Shown piece after piece: positions 51,624 through 56,581 of a stretch of DNA of 56,581 nucleotides. The stretch lies in NCBI RefSeq assembly GCF_001194135.2, contig NC_068983.1, positions 3,444,976-3,501,556 on the forward strand, written 5' to 3'. Source of the DNA: Octopus bimaculoides. Lineage: Eukaryota. Made by a program: the position numbers and the translations under genes. The stretch's first letter is position 1; each line of letters starts with the position of its first letter. The notes beneath the pieces are model-generated. The model was not told the DNA's origin and searched no databases. It worked only from the letters and a program-made list of their open reading frames with translations.

Positions 51624-52423
51624 GTGAGTAATAAACATTCTTTAACCTTTATGAGATTCTTATATTAAAATAACAACAAAATTGATTCCACTTTACCAGT
51701 TTTTGTCTGTAAATATTCTTGCTGTTCTGGTGGTCAGTTGACTGTATCGTTAACATTCCAGGCAAAATGTTTGACGACTTTTTGTCCATCTTTATATGCT
51801 GAGTTCAAATTCCACTGAGGTCAGCTTTGCCTTTCATCCTTTTAAGGTCATTACAATAAGTACCAGTTAAACACTGGGGTTGATGTAATAGACTTCCACC
51901 ACCTTGAATTGCTGGCCTGGTTCCAAAATTTGAAACCAATTTTCTTTGTTTACATAAACCATTGCTGGTTTCCTTAGTTTCAGCTGTTTCATCAGAATTT
52001 GAAACTCTGTTACCGTTCCAATACCAACACAATGAAGACAGCTCCGATTTCTACAGATTTCTGTTTGAAAATTATTTAAATTAAAGCCTTTCATTAAAGT
52101 TCCATGTTAATTCGTTCCAAACACCAGATTAATAATGACAGTTATTTGACTAAATTCCTCATTATTTTCAAAATTTATTGAAACAAAAAGACAGAGAATA
52201 TCATCAAAAATATAAAAGAGTTTGCTTGGAATATTTCAATTCTTATGCAAAAATAAATTAGTTTTATCTTGTCTCATTCGTTTATAATTATGATGCTAAA
52301 TTAAAAACATTATTTTGTTCTTAAAATTTCCTTATCAATTAACAAATAATTGTGTTAATATTTTATGTTTTATGTTTCCTTTTAGTTTTCAACTTTTTAT
52401 CTTTATTTTTATATTTACCAACA

Positions 52424-52473
52424 TCATTTAATATCCATTTTCAATTCTGGCATGGAAAATGGATATTAAATGA
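52424..52473. repeat. Perfect 19-bp stem, 12-nt loop
   Basis: TCATTTAATATCCATTTTC / GAAAATGGATATTAAATGA. Confidence 0.85.
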
Positions 52474-52761
52474 GGATAATTTTATACATTGAATAAAAGA
52501 AGAAAAGCTCCAGGATAAACATCATTAATTCCATAATTACGTAACTGCAATACATAATTAATTAATTTGAGTTAAATTTATTTGAGAATTATGTTTATGT
52601 AAATTAGTAATAATTAGAATTCATTTAAATTATCTCAGTTATGTATTTATGAAATTAATCATGTTTTATTTCTTGAAACTGCTCAGGAGCACAAAGTAGG
52701 AACTAAATGTTTTTCTCCTTTTATTCGGAACATGTTGCTCTTTTTTTTTTTTTTTTGCTCT

Positions 52762-53128
52762 CTTTTTACTTGTTTCAGTCATTTGACTGTGGCCATGCTG
52801 GAGCACCGCCTTTGATCGAGCAAATCGACCCCAGGACTTATTCTTTGGAAGCCTAGTACTTATTCTATCGTCCCTTTTGCCGAACCACCAAGTTACGGGG
52901 GGCGTAAACACACTGCTATCGGTTGTCAAGCGATGTTGGGGGGACAAATACAGACACACAAACATATATATGACTGGCTTCTTTCAGTTTCCGTGTTCCA
53001 AATCCACTCACAAGGCTTTGGTCAGCCCGAGGCTATGGTAGAAGACACTTGCCCAAGGTGCCATGCAGTGGGAATGAACCCAGATTCATGTGGTTGGTAA
53101 GCAAGCTACTTACCACACAGCCACTCCA
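52762..53128 (-). mobile_element. Full-length family B SINE
   Basis: Reverse complement of the family B consensus, head at about 53128. Confidence 0.9.
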
Positions 53129-53271
53129 TGTTGCTCTTTAACGATCATTTTAGCCAAAATGCAAGTCTGTCCCACTTGAATTTACTGCAAAGTAATAACA
53201 TATTAAAGTTTAACAACCTGTTATTAATTGAAATCTTAATTATCATTTAACAAACTTAATTCTCATTTTTC

Positions 53272-53565
53272 TCGAGTGGCTGTGTGGTAAGTAGCTTGCT
53301 TACCAACCACATGGTTCCGGGTTCATTTCCACTGCATGGCACCTTGGGCAAGTGTNNNNNNNNNNTGTTTATGTTTGTCCCCCCAACATCACTTGACAAC
53401 CGATGCTGGTGTGTTTACGTCCCCGTAACTTAGTGGTTCTGCAAAAGAGCCTGATAGAATAAGTACTGGGCTTCCAAGGAATAAGTCCTGGGGTCAATTT
53501 TCTTGACTAAAAGGCGGTGCTCCAGCATGGCCGCAGTCAAATGACTGAAATAAGTAAAAGAGTAA
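53272..53565 (+). mobile_element. Family B SINE (interrupted by a 10-N gap), inverted relative to 52762-53128
   Basis: GTGGCTGTGTGGTAAGTAGCTTGC head through GACTGAAATAAGTAAAA tail. Confidence 0.9.
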
Positions 53566-53657
53566 ACCCTGAAATGATGCATATATTTGTCAACTCCTTT
53601 GACCCTTTTTACCATTTTATTGTATCTTATCTAAATCTACTGTAATTTCCCTTCTAG

Positions 53658-54044
53658 GATGTCCCCAAAACACATATGGCCCTGGATGTTCAATGAGATG
53701 CGCTTGTGAAAACGGAGCCTACTGTGACCACATCCATGGTGTCTGTATCTGTACAGCAGGTTGGCGAGGGAAGCTTTGCAACAAAGCCTGCCCCGAGGGC
53801 TTCTATGGCATTGAATGTCGAAAGAAATGTGAATGCAACAATGGAGCACAGTGTGACTACGTGACTGGGGTGTGCAGCTGTGCACCAGGATGGATGGGGA
53901 ACAAGTGCACGACCCCTTGTCCAGAAGATACCTATGGAAAGGACTGTGAAGGGTTCTGTGACTGTCTCAATGGTGGGAACTGTGATGCTGTATCTGGAAT
54001 TTGCATTTGCAAACCTGGATATATGGGCAGACAGTGTGAAAAAG
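53658..54044 (+). CDS. MEGF6: MEGF6-like exon, three laminin-type EGF repeats: RCPQNTYGPGCSMRCAC...CICKPGYMGRQCEK
   Basis: ccttctag|GA acceptor, G|gtaagg donor, 387 nt = 3 x 43 codons, phase 1-1. Confidence 0.95.
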
Positions 54045-54068
54045 GTAAGGACATGCTTATCTGAAACC

Positions 54069-54680
54069 TTATTATTATTATTATTCAGTAGTTTTATTTT
54101 TATCACATGCTTTCACTTCACTACCGAGCACAGCTCTGTGTGCCTTGGGTATGTGCTGTGGTTTGCTGTGATGCTTTTATGGTTACTGTATTGAATGTGT
54201 TTTGCGTAGGATGTGTGCAGTGCCCAGTAGTGCAATTTTCTGTATGTTATATATATTCGTAAGTCCTGGTGTTTTTGTTATGTATTTGTCTGAATATTTT
54301 TTTATTGTACCTAAGGCACCTACTATGATAGGAATTGTTTCTGTTTTTAGATTCCACATTCGAGTTACCTCTATTTCCAGGTCTTTGTATTTTGAAAGTT
54401 TTTCCATTTCTTTTAGGGGAAACGTTGTCATCTGCTGGTATTGATACATCATTTAGAAAGCATTTTTTTCCTTCATAATCTTTGACAACTATATCTGGTC
54501 TATTGGCCTTAATTTCTCTATCTGTGCGTATTGGCATATCCCAGAGTATGGTTGCTTTCTCATTTTCTGTGACCTTTTCTGGCGTGTGCCTATACCATCT
54601 TTTTTTCTGTTGTTATTCCATAGCATTGTCATAGCTTTCAGTGTATGTAAGTCCCAACTCTGTCGTGTCTGTGAATATAT
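54069..54680 (-). mobile_element. 5'-truncated R4/Dong-like LINE with (AAT)n tail
   Basis: EYIHRHDRVG..., ATILWDMPIRTDREIKANRPDIVVKD...DVSIP...EKLSKYKDLEIE...LLGTAHILRK; one frameshift. Confidence 0.9.
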
Positions 54681-56116
54681 TCACCAAAGAAGAAAATTTA
54701 AAACATAAATATAAAAATATTGGATAAAAACTAAATCAAACCAAATTTAAATGAATTTAAAATATAAACATAAATGAAGAAGGTAAAAAGAGAAAATGAG
54801 AAAGCTGCTGACAATGTCAAAAGTTTTATAAAACCTTTGTATTTCAAACGCAAAGGCGCATCATCATCATCATCATCATTTAACATCCACTTTCCATGCC
54901 AGCATGGGTTAGACGGTTTGATTGGGGACTGGCAAGCCAGAAGGACACCTTTGCTCTCACCAATCACTCTGAGAATGTAGTGAGTGCTTTTTATGTTCCA
55001 CTGGCAAGGGTGCCAGTCAGGAGGTATGGCATCGGTCACATTCGGATGGTGCTTTTTATGGGGAGCCAGTCAGGTGGCACTGGCAACGACTCACGCATAA
55101 AAGGTGCTCAAAAGAATCTGAGAAATGTCCAGTTATGCAGGTTCTGTAAACCCATTCAAATCCCCTAGGGAATTTGCACCTTTGCACCTGAAATATAAAG
55201 GTAAATACAAAACTTTCCACATTGTCAGAAGCTTTCTATTTTCTCTTTTTGCTGTCTTCAAGATTACAATACTTCAAGCAAACTACAACATTCTTATATA
55301 AAAGTTTGGACTTGTTATTTTTTTTAATATTTAAAACCCATTCTCTGACTCTGTTTTGTCTTATGGCATCTTTTTGGGGTTTTGTTCCAGCTTCTTTGAG
55401 GTAATTTATAGATTATACTGTACTTGATTCTGTGTTTTGAATAAATTAAAACAAAAAGTAGTTTAGATAATTTGTAGAACCATAGATAAAATGGTTTGTT
55501 GTATTTACCTATAACTTATCTTCAGTTACTATTCAAAATTTAGTCGTTTATCCTTCCTGGGTCAACATATTAACGTACCTGTCATATACTAAGGTCATTT
55601 AAACCAATTAAACTCCTCTGCCCACTTCCTAAAAATGTTACCTTGTGCCTAGCTAACAAATTATCATTATTGAATGGTTAAATAAGCTGTGGAAGCAATC
55701 AAACAGACAAACACAAAGTTCTTGTCTCTTAGTGTTATGTTTTAAACAACCTAAACTATGAAATATCCTCAAAAACATAATCGATATCTTTTATAGAGTA
55801 AAACATTATTAGAAAGATCAATAAAATTATTTATTCACAACACAAATAAAGACTCTCGTTAATTATTATTATTTGAAGACAATATCGGCAGCAGTATTTA
55901 GTCTCTTTTGGGTTCTTATCTTAAAAGACTCTGCTTTCTATTTTTCTCGTCCATAATAAATGAATTCGAGTAATACATTACAAAAGCGCGTCTTTTCTTT
56001 CCCCTAAAATCTCGTTTTGAAAGCTTTTTTCTGCTGAAAAGACAAAAACAAAACAAAAAATAGAATAATCCCCCTTGATCTTCAAGATTAGGTGAAGGGA
56101 AATAATGAAAAGCCAA

Positions 56117-56390
56117 CAATTTACAGCGTGGAAGCTGTTTAGAAGCCATTTAAAAAATACATAAAAGACCGTTAGATTCACTTCAACATTTAAATTTAAT
56201 TTGCCAAAATATTATAGTCGCTTTGAGACCTGATCACTGACAAAATTCTGTGGTGCATCAAAGGTTTTTGAAATTTACAAGGTGGAAGGTGTTTATAAGC
56301 CATTCAAAAACACACAAAAACCGTTAGATTCACCCTAACGGTTTTTGTGTGTTTTTAAATGGCTTATTAACCCCTTCCACGCTGCAATTG
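56117..56390. repeat. Direct-plus-inverted repeat with a 46-bp hairpin
   Basis: Arms 56282-56327 and 56335-56380 match at 43/46, 7-nt loop; a third direct copy lies at about 56125-56180. Confidence 0.85.
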
Positions 56391-56581
56391 TTTTTGTTTC
56401 ATCACACGATCTCAGATCAGGTCACCTTGCTATGCAAGTACATCTCCGTAATTTTGAAATTTAATATTTCGTAAAACTGTAATGTTGCTGAATAATTTTT
56501 TTAAAAATAGTTGTCAGAGAGAATGGTTTAATTCTCTTTCCGAAATCTGTTCTGGCTACGTTTTTTTTTTTTTTTTTTTTC

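Larger units (their letters stand above)
25134..54044 (+). other. MEGF6: Partial multi-exon gene for a multiple-EGF-like-domains protein (MEGF6-like); 12 exons, 684 codons, open at both ends
   Basis: All 12 exons have AG/GT boundaries with compatible phases (1,1,1,1,1,0,0,1,1,1,1,1,1) and no stop. Junction codons are D,D,L,E,-,-,V,E,E,M,R. Motifs EIVNSC..NNGGC, the CC-containing EGF ending C-G-C-E, and the repeat order match vertebrate MEGF6 as I recall it (not database-checked). Confidence 0.88.

Noticed and set aside
51962-52000. CTGATGA...GAAAC on the minus strand as a hammerhead
   Set aside because: No helix II pairing and no NUH triplet or helix I

Overview
Eukaryotic, repeat-rich genomic DNA with scaffold N-gaps. 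It is most likely an octopus (coleoid) draft assembly; this is inferred from the SINE families and microsatellite load. The only gene I can support is a partial, + strand, multi-exon MEGF6-like gene. I resolve 12 exons (25134-54044, 2052 nt, 684 codons) that splice in one frame with GT-AG sites and no stops. They encode three N-terminal-type EGF domains (two calcium-binding-like), a short S/T/P-rich linker exon carrying an RGD motif, and a run of laminin-type EGF repeats. Neither the start nor the stop is in the window, so 1-25133 and 54045-56581 appear intronic. The introns contain tRNA-derived SINEs, RTE-type tails, R4/Dong-like REL-endonuclease LINE fragments in (AAT)n, CR1/Jockey-like LINE relics, a Helentron-associated (HINE/DINE-like) element, MITE-like hairpins and Penelope-like pseudo-LTR relics. 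The most notable hidden signals are several minimal type-I hammerhead-ribozyme-like motifs, the RGD exon that the ORF track misses, and inverted SINE pairs around frame-symmetric exons (dsRNA/ADAR and circRNA candidates). There are no rRNA, true tRNA or CRISPR features. Most ORF-track entries are microsatellite or N-gap artefacts. Repeat boundaries are approximate, read by eye.
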